Positions 24,590 through 37,590 of a stretch of 64,000 bases of DNA are shown here, piece after piece. This stretch comes from Octopus vulgaris (lineage: Eukaryota), in NCBI GenBank assembly GCA_951406725.2, contig OX597834.1:8866001-8930000 (forward strand). Direction: 5' to 3'. Each line of letters starts with the position of its first letter. Positions within the stretch are counted from its first letter, which is position 1. The position numbers and the translations under genes are program-made. Under the pieces are notes generated by a model, which did no database searches, had not been told where the DNA came from, and worked only from the letters and a program-made list of their open reading frames with translations.

Positions 24590-24960
24590 TTGGTCCAGCA
24601 ATTTCGGGAAGGATATAAGTCGATTACCTCGTGTCTACTTATCAACCGGTACTTAATCGATCCTGAAGCGATGAAAGGCAAAGCTGATCTCGGTGGAATT
24701 TCATTGTAAAGATGAACGAAATGCCAATAGACATTTTGACCGGCATGGTAATCTTTCTGCCTATTCGCCACCTTACACAGGCCCGAAATGTTGGTTTCAA
24801 GGCCAGCAATTTCTTAGAGAGGCTAAATCGATTACATCAACGGCGGTACTCACCCGGAAGTCATTTTATCGAACCCGGAAGGATGAAAGGCAAAGTCGAC
24901 CTTGGCGGTATTCCAACTCAGAAGGTAAAGACAGACGAAATGCCGCTAAGCATTTTGTGT
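24590..24960 (-). mobile_element. Two old tandem SINE family B copies
   Basis: Two diverged gatgaaaggcaaag..ctcgg/cttgg blocks. Confidence 0.7.
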
Positions 24961-26646
24961 CAACCATCATCGTTAGTCCCAGCTCCCATAAATGACTAAC
25001 TTTAAAAAATCTATCTATTTATATGACCATGTATATTCTTAAATGACTTTTTCTTATATCAAAATCCATGATCGGATAGTCATTTTATCAACACTGGAAT
25101 ATTTCATGTGTGTACATATAGAAAGTAAACTGTTTAATAGAATTCTCTTTTTCCACTTAGAAAACTTCTCTAATCAAATGTAGCATATCTCCACAACGAT
25201 CTTCAGGCCAAAGCACCTATTGTGTTCATTAAAGAACTGTTGATAAATTTCGCTATCCAGAATATTTTACAGACGTCATTGTTTTCAGTTATAAAGCGAT
25301 ACAAGATACATGCAGAAAAATTTCTAAATGTCGCTAGTTAATTAGAAAGAAAAATATCATACACATTCCCTATGGCATTCTATTCTTAATTAATTGCATT
25401 TAATTTAAACTGAATTAATTTGAATTGTGGTACTTGTCGCCCCTGCGTTTTTGCTTTGTTTTTGTTTTGCTTTTTGCTTTTTGTTTTTTGACCAGAAGCA
25501 ATCATTAAATGGTCGATAGTCGTTACTGCAATATTCTATTTTCCTTGCTACATCGAGCTCACTGGTCAATAATTTCTTCTCTCGCCCCTCTTAAATCATA
25601 TCCAGTCTTTTACTGGAGACTTTATGCAACATTTATATTTTATTCTTCCGTTTGTTTGTCATGCCTGCCATTGTGAGAACTGTTGATATAATGGAGAAAG
25701 AAATATATTTTATTTATCAATTTTTCCTTAAAAGAAACTTTCTTTTTTTCCTCCATAGTATAGTACAGAATATATGACCATTGCCCATAACATTTTAGAA
25801 CTAAGGGACTTAGTTTTATTTCCGAAAATCAATCTTAGTGAGCAGGTAGTGTAATGTAGGCAGGGCGAATGTTTTAATACGATTCTAAAGCTGTAAATAT
25901 TTTCGTGGGAAATCTATTGCCAAGTTCAGAGAAATAAAACATGCAGAATCAGAATGAAGATCAATTAATTCTTTTGTATTAATTTTTCTTTTTTCATCTC
26001 AATAGTAGCATACATTCAGTGAGAAAACTTATTTATCACGAATTTGACAAATATTTCTGTTAGTAATGCTGGGTCTATCGCGTAATAAATCTGCTTTGTC
26101 TGACTGAAATATCTATATGATAGCGGGTTATCGGAGCTATTATATGAGATGAATCTCAAACAACAGCAGCAGCAGCCGATCTGCAAATGGTCTGAAGGCC
26201 TGTTGCTGTTGTTCATCATAATTGGTTTTCTTCCCTATGATTGATTACTAAGGTGAAAGTAAAATAACGACTTTCTTCAGAACAGACAAGCAATATAGAA
26301 TTATGGATCAGGATTTTAGAAACGTCTTTGAAGTCGGATTTTATTCACTTTCAGTTTCTGTCATCAAGAATACTGAATCTTCTAAAGAAAACAAAGCAGG
26401 GAAGAAAGAAAGAAAGTAGCAGTCCACAACTAACGAAAAATAAATATATTCTTCTGAAAATTGCAATGCAACACATACAAAATGTAAATAAACGAATAAA
26501 TATAAAACGGGGAAACGGAAGACAATTATCCTATTGAAGAAGGAGAATAAAGTGTATACGTATTTCTCCATATTTCCCTAAATCCAATATACGTTTAACT
26601 ATCTTTACCTAAGCGTCACTGTTTCTCTCTCTCCTTCTCACACGTC

Positions 26647-26689
<43 letters not shown>

Positions 26690-26698
26690 AACAATTTT

Positions 26699-26732
<34 letters not shown>

Positions 26733-27448
26733 CATTATAAATTTTGTTGAATATGATAAATCAGCCGAATTGTTTGGCAATAAACAAAACCCAAAAAAAA
26801 AGCAACAACAATAATATTGAATATAAAATGAACGTTTGTATTTTATATTCAGTAATTTTCTATGAAATATGTGAAGATTTTGGAAGTTTCTTCTATAGTC
26901 TTGTGATGTATGATTGCTGTAACACCATTGCTGTAGTATCAGAGAAAGATGGAGTAAATTACGATGTCGGTTTACTGTCTTCTTGGAAAATCCGATATCT
27001 GAATACATAGGATATCGGAGAAATAACAAAATGGGGGCCAGTTTCGTATCCTATGGTCGGAATGACGTTGTGTCTCTTTAATCCGTAAGCATTCGGTTTA
27101 TTTTTGTCATATATAATGTTTAATATTGTTTTGAATTAATCATGCATCATCTTATATCTGCAAAATTTTTGCGATTGATTGTTGATTTTAGAATGGCATT
27201 GTAGGGTATGTGCGTGAGGATGGATCTGGTCGGTTTGAACCTAAAACGGGTAGAGTATTTATGCCTGATGTGGACGGTTCACTGGATCTTTACCTTTTGA
27301 CCGGCAGATTTAAAAAATAATTTTTTGTAACTAGACACTTTCAAACTTCGTACACTGGTAGAATGTGTCATAAAAAACATCTTTTACTCATAGCGTTTTT
27401 GAGAAAAGCTTATATTTAGGAAGTTATTTCACGTTAAAATTGTAGTAT

Positions 27449-27670
27449 ACTCTTTACTCTCTCTTTTACTCTTTTACTTGTTTCAGTCATTTGACTGCGG
27501 TGGCCATGCTGGAGCCCCGCCTTTAGTCGAGCAAATCGACCCCGGGACTTATTCTTTGTAAGCCCAGTACTTATTCTATCGGTCTCTTTTGCCGAACCGC
27601 TAAGTGACGGGGACATAAACACACCAACATCGGTTGTCAAGCAATGGGAGGGGACAAACACATACACACA

Positions 27671-27726
<56 letters not shown>

Positions 27727-27893
27727 TATATACGACGGGCTTCTTTTAGTTTCCGTCTAACAAATCCAATCACAAGGCTTTGGTCGGCCCGAGGCTATAG
27801 TAGACACTTGCACAAGGTGCCACGCAGTGGGACTGAACCCGGAACCATGTGGTTGGTAGACAAGCTACTTACCGCACAGCCACTCCTGCGCCT
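27449..27893 (-). mobile_element. SINE family A inserted in the left arm of the foldback element
   Basis: Full-length copy flanked by gtat/gtat; absent from the right arm. Confidence 0.95.
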
Positions 27894-28011
27894 GTATCTC
27901 GGTAATTTCAAACAAACAATGACGTGTATTCAGCTGAATAAAATTACTGCTGTTGTTTGTCAACAAGAACTTGCGGTGGTGTATATTTCGTTTGTCACTG
28001 TTGTATCTGAC

Positions 28012-28087
28012 AACCCTAACCCTAAAATCCTAACCCTAAAACCTTAACGCTAACCCTAACCCTAACCAAAACCCCAAAGCCCTAAAG
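28012..28087. repeat. Degenerate telomere-like (CCCTAA)n core
   Basis: aaccctaaccctaaaatcctaaccctaaaaccttaacgctaaccctaaccctaacc. Confidence 0.85.
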
Positions 28088-30010
28088 CTAGTACAAACGC
28101 TCGAACAATGTCATAAATAACAGTGACAAACGAAAAATACACCGCCGATAGTTGTTGAAAAACAACGGCAGTAATTTGAATCAGCTGAACACACGTCATT
28201 GAATGGTTGAAATTACCAAAATACTACAACTTGAACGTGAAATAACTTTCTAAATATAAGCTTTTCTCAGAAACGCTAAGAGTAAAAGATGTTTTATATG
28301 ACACATTCTACTAGTGTCAAAAGTTTGAAAATGTTTAGTTAAAAAAAATCCTTTTTTAAAAAAACCTGTTGGTCAAAAGGTAAAGGTCCGGTTCACTTGT
28401 TAAAGAGTTAAATCATAAATAACTGATTCAGTGTACTTCAACATATTAGGTTTAAGTTCGTACTTTTCCCTTCGTCTCCAAATAAGAAACAAGATCATTT
28501 TCTAAATGGATTTATCTAGGCATTCTCTGAAGGAATCGACAGGGTTGATTCTACCGGGCGAGTAACTCAATGTTGACGCCTCAAGTATGATTGAATGGGG
28601 AGGAAAATGACTTCATTATGGTTACGTACGGGACATTGCAATGCTGGCAAAAGTATAGCTGATGAGAAAAGGAGGGACTGTGTGTAGATATACTGTAGTA
28701 GTAGCAGTCGTGGCGGTGTTACTCACGGAGTGAGAAAACAACCAGAATGTGAGCCAAATATCGGGATTTGCTGAGAAACTATTCCATGTCAATAAATCAG
28801 TTTTGGAGTAATATAGTCTTGGACCAGAGCAGTAATCCATCTTTCGATGACACCGAATTTTCTGAAAAGTTAATATTTATTGGCAGCTGAAAATGTTGTT
28901 GGTGCTTAAGGGAAAGGCAACACTGGGTTATAAACTCTTTGCTACGAAGTATTTACTAGAGCTTGGGCTACAAATTCTTTTGAGTAGCATTGAAAGGCTC
29001 AGAGTATCCAGAATACCATGGACACACGACCCTACTATCGGTGGATCTTGCAAAAGTAGTTCAATGTTGTAGCTCGGATAAAATTGACTCCAGATAAAAT
29101 ACTTGCATCTAAAAAGGGTCAGGGAAGGAACTGATAACACATTAGACAATGCAGTATTAATTGCACACTACATGGTAGAAAGAACTGCACGGACGCCCTT
29201 CAAAATGTCTAATTCAACCATTACCGAGCTTTACATGGAGCTTTACAAGACCTACTACTACTACTACTACTACTACTGGTGCTGCCGCCACTACTTCTAC
29301 TATGAATAGTTATAATAATGCAAGAGTTACCGTAAAGATTGAAGTGATTCTTTCTAAAATGTGATTATATATTTTCGCGAACTCGGAGAAGATCATTGTG
29401 CAGAAAAATGTAATAGGTTTAATTATCTATGGCACGCTGGGATAAAGGTTTACGCGAAAATGAAGGAACTGTATGTTTGCCATAATATGATCTCAGGAAA
29501 TTAAATGCTATAAGACAGATATGTGTTCTTAATACTAAAATATCTGAGATGGATTGGAGTCATTCGTTTTTGTTTTTTTTTTTGCTTTGAGATAGAGAGA
29601 CGAACTACAAAAATGGCAAGTATATGAAAAGTCTATTGTCTCTTTTGGCCACATGAGGAACTGATAGTTAAAAAGAATCTTTTCCACGAGGTTGAGCTCA
29701 TAACCTTCAAGCAAGGTATTACAAAACTCAAGAACTCACGTAAACAAATTCGTAAAAGAATGTATCACTCAAAGCCCTGGTATGAATGCAGAAGATGTTT
29801 CAAAAGAAAAATTCCAATAATGGGTTAATGATCAAGTAATGCGCAAATGGGTGACAGTTAGTATACTATATAAAACAGGGAAGGGCTATAAAATACTGAG
29901 AAAAACTATCTTCCATTTTGGGTAATTTCTTCATAAATTTAATACAAGTTCGTTTGTCAATAAACTGCACCTGGTTCCCGAAAATTTATTGTAGAATATT
30001 TTACATTAGG

Positions 30011-30012
<2 letters not shown>

Positions 30013-30090
<78 letters not shown>

Positions 30091-30320
30091 TATATATATA
30101 CGTATATATATATATATATATATGCATGTGAGAGTGTCTGTGTGTTTATATATATATATATATACACACACACATATATATATACGTATATATATATATA
30201 TATATGCATGTGAGAGTGTCTGTGTGTTTATATATATATATATATATACACACACACATATATATATACGTATATATATATATATATATATATATATGCA
30301 TGTGAGAGTGTCTGTGTGTT

Positions 30321-30352
<32 letters not shown>

Positions 30353-30453
30353 TATATATACGTATATATATATATATATATATGCATGTGAGAGTGTCTG
30401 TGTGTTTATATATATATATACACACACACACATATATACGTATATATATTTAA

Positions 30454-30507
<54 letters not shown>
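30013..30507. repeat. Microsatellite-derived minisatellite, ~85-92-bp unit x4
   Basis: gcatgtgagagtgtctgtgtgttta recurs at ~30124, 30206, 30298, 30384, separated by (TA)n(CA)n..cg(TA)n. Confidence 0.92.
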
Positions 30508-30509
<2 letters not shown>

Positions 30510-31854
30510 TCCTCTTCGTGTCTGTGTTAATAGTTAATCTGCCGTGTAGTATAGCTGTCGTATATTTTGTACCACAATATATCTTTTTACATAAAGGTTC
30601 ACGAAATATTCGTATATATTGTATACCAAGCTAACACATTAATCTGATACATAGTATCTTTTACTATCTTTGGAGATGTCTGCACTGCACTGCAGGGCCA
30701 CCGTTCAAAGAATTGCAAATGACTGTTTTCCTCACACCATCTGACTTTTGTTTGGTTTTGTTTCTATAACATTTTAAATGGTGCGTGAGTTATGTTATAC
30801 TGAAATGACGTCCGCATATTATGATTCCAAAGACGAACAGCAGACAAGCTAGACACATTAAACTCTCTTCAACGGAAGCTTTTGAAATTATATGTATTGA
30901 TTTATTGTCAACAGGAAAAAATATTACCATCTTTTAAGTGTTTTACTATCATCTAGGCTCTCCTCATAGTAGTCTGAGTTAATGTTGCTTTTGTTATTGT
31001 AGGTGTTTGACCTCAGGTTAGTTCTGAACGAGGACACATGCTCGCATCACAACCAAATTTAAAGTAACCATCAGTCATTTCAAAAATTTTAGTACAATGC
31101 GAAATGATGTCAAAATGGCTGCTTTTCATAGCCGACAAACAGCCCCTATTGAGATTACGTCATTAACACGATTTCCAGAATTTATTCAGTGCCTTTCCTT
31201 GGCAAATAAACCATGTTCGTCTAGGTTTATAACCAAATTCCTTCTATATATAATTTAGTATTGTGGTGTCCACTCTATAAACTTTCCTCCTCAGGGTGGT
31301 CGTTTATAAATTGAAAGTTATTTGATAACTATTTCCATAAATTACTATTTCGTATAAATTCACCTCTTCATTAATCTCTTGCAAATCGTTGCTTAGTTTC
31401 AGAAAACAATAGTCGCTTAGACATTCCACTGAAAACCATTCCGTCATATAAAAGATGCTTTCATATATATTGCATATGTCATTCCTCTTAACAGCGTAGT
31501 GAGGTGCAAAATTATTACAAAATGAAGCTTGTTTTAGCAAACTTATACTGGTATACCAGAAATTTTCTACTCCTATATCAGTATAAGACTGTAGCAAATG
31601 AAGTTGACATCAGAAATTCGAAACCACTGTACCAGATAATCTTATGCCGTATACTTCATCTTTAATTGATAGGTAACTGAATCTAGGAATATGTAACGCA
31701 TCAATATTAGCTGGTATTTCGCTATGATATTTTGAGTCCAAATATTACCGAACTTCGTATTTCAATCAAATGTTTGCTTTGAGGAAGAGTAAATCCAAAT
31801 GTTCTGTCATGCACACAGATGTTTTCAGTCCACTAGGTTCCATTAAACAATGGT

Positions 31855-32060
31855 TAAAAGTTTTGGCAGAAGGCCAGCAATTTTCAAGGCCACGCTAAGT
31901 CTCTTTTATTGATCCCAGTGTCCAACTGCCGCTTATTTTAGCGACCCCAAAAGAATGAACGGTAAAGTCAGCTTCGGTGAAATTTGAACTCAGAACTTGC
32001 AAACGGATGAAATACTGCCAAGCATAATATACGGAGGGCTAACGATGTTTTCAGCTCCCC
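31855..32060 (-). mobile_element. Old SINE family B copy
   Basis: gatcccagtg..aactg..cgacccc..atgaa..aaagtc..aatttgaactcagaac. Confidence 0.7.
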
Positions 32061-33915
32061 TTCTTAAAAATGTAAGCGTTCCATGCCGGGAATCGAATCC
32101 GGGAATATACTAAATATTAGTCACACACTATAATAGATTAGTTTGAATGATTCTACACTTAGGGATGTGTATCAATGGAAGAAATTAGTTGCTAAAATTT
32201 AGAAATGTGTGTAAAGCAGAATAGCAAAAAAGGGAAAACAGAGTAGAGAAGGAAACCCACACAGTAGGGAAGCGGAGGAGATACAAATGCAGAGTTTGAG
32301 ACAATGAGGGACAGAAAGTAGAAGTGAAAGAGGAAACGGTTTCTATTTCCATTTGTAACCAATGAAGACAGACTCACAAGAGTTGGCAGTTTATTCATCC
32401 CAAAATGCCGTTTCTGTCTCTTCCTCGAACTGATTAAGAAACCGACTTGACGATAACAGTAATAACAGCAACAATATTGGTGATGACGATGATGATGATG
32501 ATGGCGATGATGATGAGGATTATGATGACGGCGATGGTGGTGATGATGATGATGGACTCTCGCGCTGACGTATGAGTGTTCAGATTTTGCTCAACGACCA
32601 GCACAAATGATTTGTTTATAGTAGATATACATTAGCTCAGATCCTCCATCAAATCGACGGTGCCTCAACAGGAGCACGGTGTACCCTCCCTCGGGCGTCG
32701 AAGTGACCGCAGAGCAACATCAGATGAAGTGTTTTGGTCAAGAACACAACGTACCAATCGTTTTAAGGAATGGTTGTTGCAATTTAAGAAATCGAGGAAA
32801 ATGCGTTACTGTATTTATTCCGGTCATTTATGCGTTTAGCTCAAATCTTGTTGAGTTCAACTTTTGTCAATAAAGTACCCGACAAGTCCTGAGGTTGATG
32901 GCATTTTCGCACGAGACTAAAAAGTTTGAAGAATGAGGATAAATCGATACCATCTCCACAGTACTTGACTGGGACCTTATTTTAGTTTCTTTTATCGACC
33001 CCACGGTGAAAAGCAATATTTGGACGCAATACGAACTCAGAACGTTAAACTTTGAAAGGATGACCACGTAGCATTTTACCGAACGTTGTAAGGATTAAAG
33101 CAAATCCGCAGCCTTCGACCCTATTAAATAATGACATGTTATGAAAATATACTGCAGAGGTTCAGGGATTCGATCGATTGTGAATATTTCATAAAATAAA
33201 AATGTGATATTGTGCCTTAGCGACAATTTAATATTTAGCAACGTTGAGTAAAAGCAAGACTTGCAATTGGTTTTCAATGCACAGCCAAAATACCATTCAT
33301 TTTACTTATATGTCATCGCTAACTCGCTTGAATCAGGCCGTAGTGTAGAAATTTCTCTCCTTGCTTTCTTCAGTATATGTAAGGAGCTTGTGTATCTAAA
33401 AGTAATCAATATTATTATTATATCCCAAAGCCTACTTACTCCTTTCTTATGAGATAAGCCTTTTATATATTTCCATCATTGAATGACATTATATCCTATG
33501 CATCCTCATTTGTCTCAATGGAAAGTAAAGAAAGATATGATTTTTTTTTTTGCTTTGTGTTTTTGTTCTTTTACTTCAGGTTTTTGTTTGTATTGCTTTC
33601 TTTTCCATTGGTTTTGCTTTTATTTTCGAAATTTGCTGTTAGCGAATAATCGAAGATTTATCTTACTGCAATGGTTTATCCGCGAGCATTTTTTTTTTTT
33701 TTTTTTTTGCTTTCACACCTAACTTATCTACATCTAAGAAAAAAAAAATTCCCATCTTTCCATACGTGCATCCACACTCTCACACACACACACACACACA
33801 CACACACATGCGCATGTACATACATAATGCATAAATACACACTAAAATCCTTATGTTTCTTTGAAACCATATGCACGCACTCATAAACATCCTCATACAC
33901 GACGCGCGCACATGT

Positions 33916-33919
<4 letters not shown>

Positions 33920-33954
<35 letters not shown>

Positions 33955-34351
33955 TGTGTGTATATATATATATATATATATGTATGCGTGTGTGTGTATA
34001 TATATATATGTATGCGTGTGTGTGTATATATATATATGTATGCGTGTGTGTATATATATATATATGTATGCGTGTGTGTGTATATATATATATATATATG
34101 TATGCGTGTGTGTGTATATATATATATGTATGCGTGTGTGTATATATATATATATATATGTATGCGTGTGTGTATATATATATATATATGTATGCGTGTG
34201 TGTATATATATATATATATATATGTATGCGTGTGTATATATATATGTATGCGTGTGTATATATATATGTATGCGTGTGTATATATATATGTATGCGTGTG
34301 TATATATATATGTGTGTGTATGTATATGTATATATATATATATGTATATAT
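33920..34351. repeat. Compound repeat tatgcg(tg)n(ta)n, about 13 units
   Basis: Direct reading. Confidence 0.93.
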
Positions 34352-34854
34352 AACATTTATAAACATCTCTAGATATACATAGCCGTATATATACCTGTAT
34401 ATAGAGGAAAAGAAGACTATATACTTTCCTTGGATCTTTTCTATTTGCGGATAAAAGATGAAGGAAGCTTCTGACTGGCAGTTTCCCAGTTTATTGTGCA
34501 TCTTAAATGGAAGCGTATGCGATTCTCTCCTCGAAACTATAACACAATATTTACGTCCTATATAAAACAGTCAGAAGTGAAGCTAACCAGTGGATAGCTT
34601 GCTTTATGTAATACATACACACGAACATATGCAAACACATTTATGATGGTGTATGGCCGAGTGGTTAGGGTGCTGCACTCACTATCGCAATATCATATGG
34701 TGAATTTTGTTCTTAAGCAAAACACTTCACCTCACTCTGATTGGCGATCACTTTGAAGTGGACATTTGAACGCTATAAATAAATCATTTGTACAGGTCAT
34801 TTGTACGGCAAGCCAGAACAATACTCATACGTCGTCTTCACCGGAATATCCATC

Positions 34855-34908
<54 letters not shown>

Positions 34909-35786
34909 CACAAATTAGTCAACGTTAGATGAAATTATACATAAAGCTATAGCTATATAAGTTAGTTCAGAGTTGTCACTCTTAGGTACAGCTCATCGAC
35001 AAGAGCCTAGGAGCTTGAAACATCGGTGACTGGCATTCCTAATACATGTCGTCACTGAACGAAGCGAGTGTTTTCAGACAGTTTTACCGTGAAAGAGATA
35101 TATTTTCCACGCTACCTGCAGTGTCTTTGCCTCTTAGCGGTTGAAATATGTCACGAATATATTTCAACTAACCTAAATTTGTCATATTTATACCTACATA
35201 CATACTTATGCGTTTGCAAGTGTATGTAAATGTACAAGTATTCATGTGAGCGTGTTTGCATGTGTACAGGAGTGTGATCCATTTTGCTTAAATTCTGAGT
35301 CAATGAATTCCTATAATTAATCATGCAATTTGCAGTTTGACACAGTTGACACTACAAATGATACTATCGGTTTGTGATCTTTCACTTTCTGCTCGTTACG
35401 ATGTCTCACAAAACGCTTAGGAGCATTCTTCCGGCTTTGCATTGTAGTATGCTGAAATTCCGCCTTAATTGATTTGCCTTCCCGCTTTGTCGGTCGAAAT
35501 TATAATTTCCATTTGAACGCTTGAGTTGATGTAAACAGCTAGCCACATTCACAACTATAATACAAAGGTTAGTTTTTATTAACTATTTTAAAAATCTCTC
35601 TATGAATCTTTGAAGCCTCTATGCTCACTATGAATTTTTTAATGTATTTCTGAAGTGGCAAAGTTTCATTTTAAAGCCAGTGACTTTACGATGTTGTAGT
35701 ATGCAGCATTTCCCTTGATATTAAATTCTCAAAAATTATTCCAAAATAGATAAATATGCAAGATGAAAGAACCGATTTCTTCCTAT

Positions 35787-36200
35787 AGGCGCAGGAGTGG
35801 CTGTGTGGTAAGTAGCTTGCTAACCAACCACAGGGTTCCGGGTTCAATCTCACTGCGTGGCATCTTGGGCAAGTGTCTTCTGCTATAGCCCCGGGCCGAC
35901 CAATGCCTTGTGAGTGGATTTGGTAGACGGAAACTGAAAGAAGCCTGTCGTATATATGTATATATATGTATGTGTGCGTGTTTGTGTGTCTGTGTTTGTT
36001 CCCCTAGCATTGCTTGACAACCGATGCTGGTGTGTTTACGTCCCCGTCACTTAGCGGTTCGGCAAAAAGAGACCGATAGAATAAGTACTGGGCTTACAAA
36101 AAGAATGAGTCCCGGGGTCGAGTTGCTCGACTAAAAGGCGGTGCTCCATCATGGCCGCAGTCAAAATGACTGAAACAAGTAAAAGAATAAAAGAAAGAAT
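35787..36200 (+). mobile_element. SINE family A, full length
   Basis: Canonical head and tail. Confidence 0.95.
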
Positions 36201-37119
36201 AATAATTCATAGAAAATATTATATTTGTATGTACAAACGTGGCGATCTGGTTGAATCGTTAGTACACAAGCAAGCCCAAATGCTTTGAGGTATTTTGTGC
36301 ATGTTTACCTTCAGATTTCATATTCCGCCAATGTCTTTTATTATTCCAGGATCAATAAACTAAGTACCACTTGGACACTGGGGTCGATATAATAAACTTA
36401 TCGTTCACCTGAAATTTCTGGACTTCTACCTAATATTAGGAATCAATATCTTCTGTAATTAACTGATGCTAGAGTAAACCAAGATTTGATACGTTTCGCT
36501 TTAATATATTTATTCAACAACCTGTCGAATCGTCGTCTCCATATTGCTGTGTAGCGAACATCGTTTTGCAAGCATTTCAGTATGGAGAAAGCTGGTTACT
36601 ATGTACTATCTTCAACATTTAATACTTCTATTCAATATCGTCTTTCCTGATGCAAACGTTATGATGTGTATTTGAGAGAGAGTTGCCTATCACCTACAGC
36701 ATGCAGTGCAGCAGTGCAAAGGCTTTGACATTAGCGATTTTTTCTCCGAAACTTGTTCCAGTTCTACCTTCCGGGAAGTGTGAAGATTAACAGTATAAAA
36801 TCCATGAAAGATTGACAAGCTTATGGCTATATCCTTCTTATTATAGCTTTAAAAATTTCCATTTTTTTTATCGACATTTCTCTCAAAATATCAGCTAATA
36901 TTATATAATGCACGTATCATATTTTAGTATACACGGTATTTAGTCATCTGACATGAGTTAGTGTTGCAGATATATACACAATGAGCAGTCAGTCATGCAC
37001 CAAAAGATCTCACATTATATGTGACGCTATTTTAACTATAACACTGTGAGCTGACAGAATCGGAAAATTGAATAAACTAAATAAAATATTGATCGATACA
37101 TACGGACTTTTACATGATT

Positions 37120-37420
37120 AAATTAATAATAATAATAAGGATGATAATAATAATGATGATGATAATGATGATGATAATGATGATGATAATGATGATAATG
37201 ATGATGGTAATGATGATGGTAATGATGATGGTAATGATGATGGTAATGATGATGGTAATGATGATGATGATAATGATGATGATGATGATGATGATAATGA
37301 TGATGATAATAATAATAATATTGATGATGATAATAATATTAATGATGATGATAATAATAATAATATTAATGATGATGATGATAATAATATTAATGATGAT
37401 GATAATAATATTAATGATAG
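37120..37420. repeat. (ATG)/(ATA)/(GTA) trinucleotide repeat
   Basis: Direct reading; gives the poly-M/I ORF. Confidence 0.95.
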
Positions 37421-37424
37421 TAAC

Positions 37425-37590
37425 GTATTACAAACGGGCAGTTTTGGGGGACGGTTTAATTCGATTACATTAGCCTCGGTGTTTAACAGTCGCCTGTTTT
37501 AACGACCTCGACGGAATTCGAACCTCACAACATGAAGATTGACGAAATGTCACTAAGCATTTTGTCCGATTCTACCTGCTTGCTGTCTTA
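37425..37590 (-). mobile_element. Old SINE family B copy with internal deletion
   Basis: Similar to 14862-14950; lacks the segment between the two cgacc repeats. Confidence 0.65.

Larger units (their letters stand above)
27284..28389. mobile_element. Foldback non-autonomous DNA transposon (~280-bp TIRs, 8-bp TSD; Merlin- or MULE-like)
   Basis: ggatctttaccttttgacc ... ggtcaaaaggtaaaggtcc; TSD GGTTCACT at 27276-27283 and 28390-28397; arms 27284-27448 plus 27898-28012 versus 28109-28389. Confidence 0.9.
27078..28411. mobile_element. Old TTAA-flanked (piggyBac-type) MITE, host of nested insertions
   Basis: TTAA at 27078-27081 and 28408-28411, degenerate short TIRs (tccgtaagca / tgttaaagag); body resembles a common octopus MITE as I recall it. 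Confidence 0.5.

Noticed and set aside
26149-26244. Signal-peptide-like MNLKQQQQQPICKWSEGLLLLFIIIGFLPYD
   Set aside because: Only 31 codons before a stop, with no convincing splice donor; insufficient evidence
28012-28087. Chromosome end or fusion site
   Set aside because: Short, degenerate, and centred within a TSD-bounded palindromic element
28740-29915. Possible very old Tc1-like transposase relic (FAEK..FWSNIV, LDNA..H, YKTGKGYKIL)
   Set aside because: Motifs are short, in different frames and out of expected order; no TIRs seen; needs a translated HMM search
34990-35030. Hammerhead-like gacaagagcctaggagcttgaaac
   Set aside because: Core and stems too degenerate to support
37114-37473. 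Poly-Met/Ile ORF
   Set aside because: ATG/ATA trinucleotide repeat
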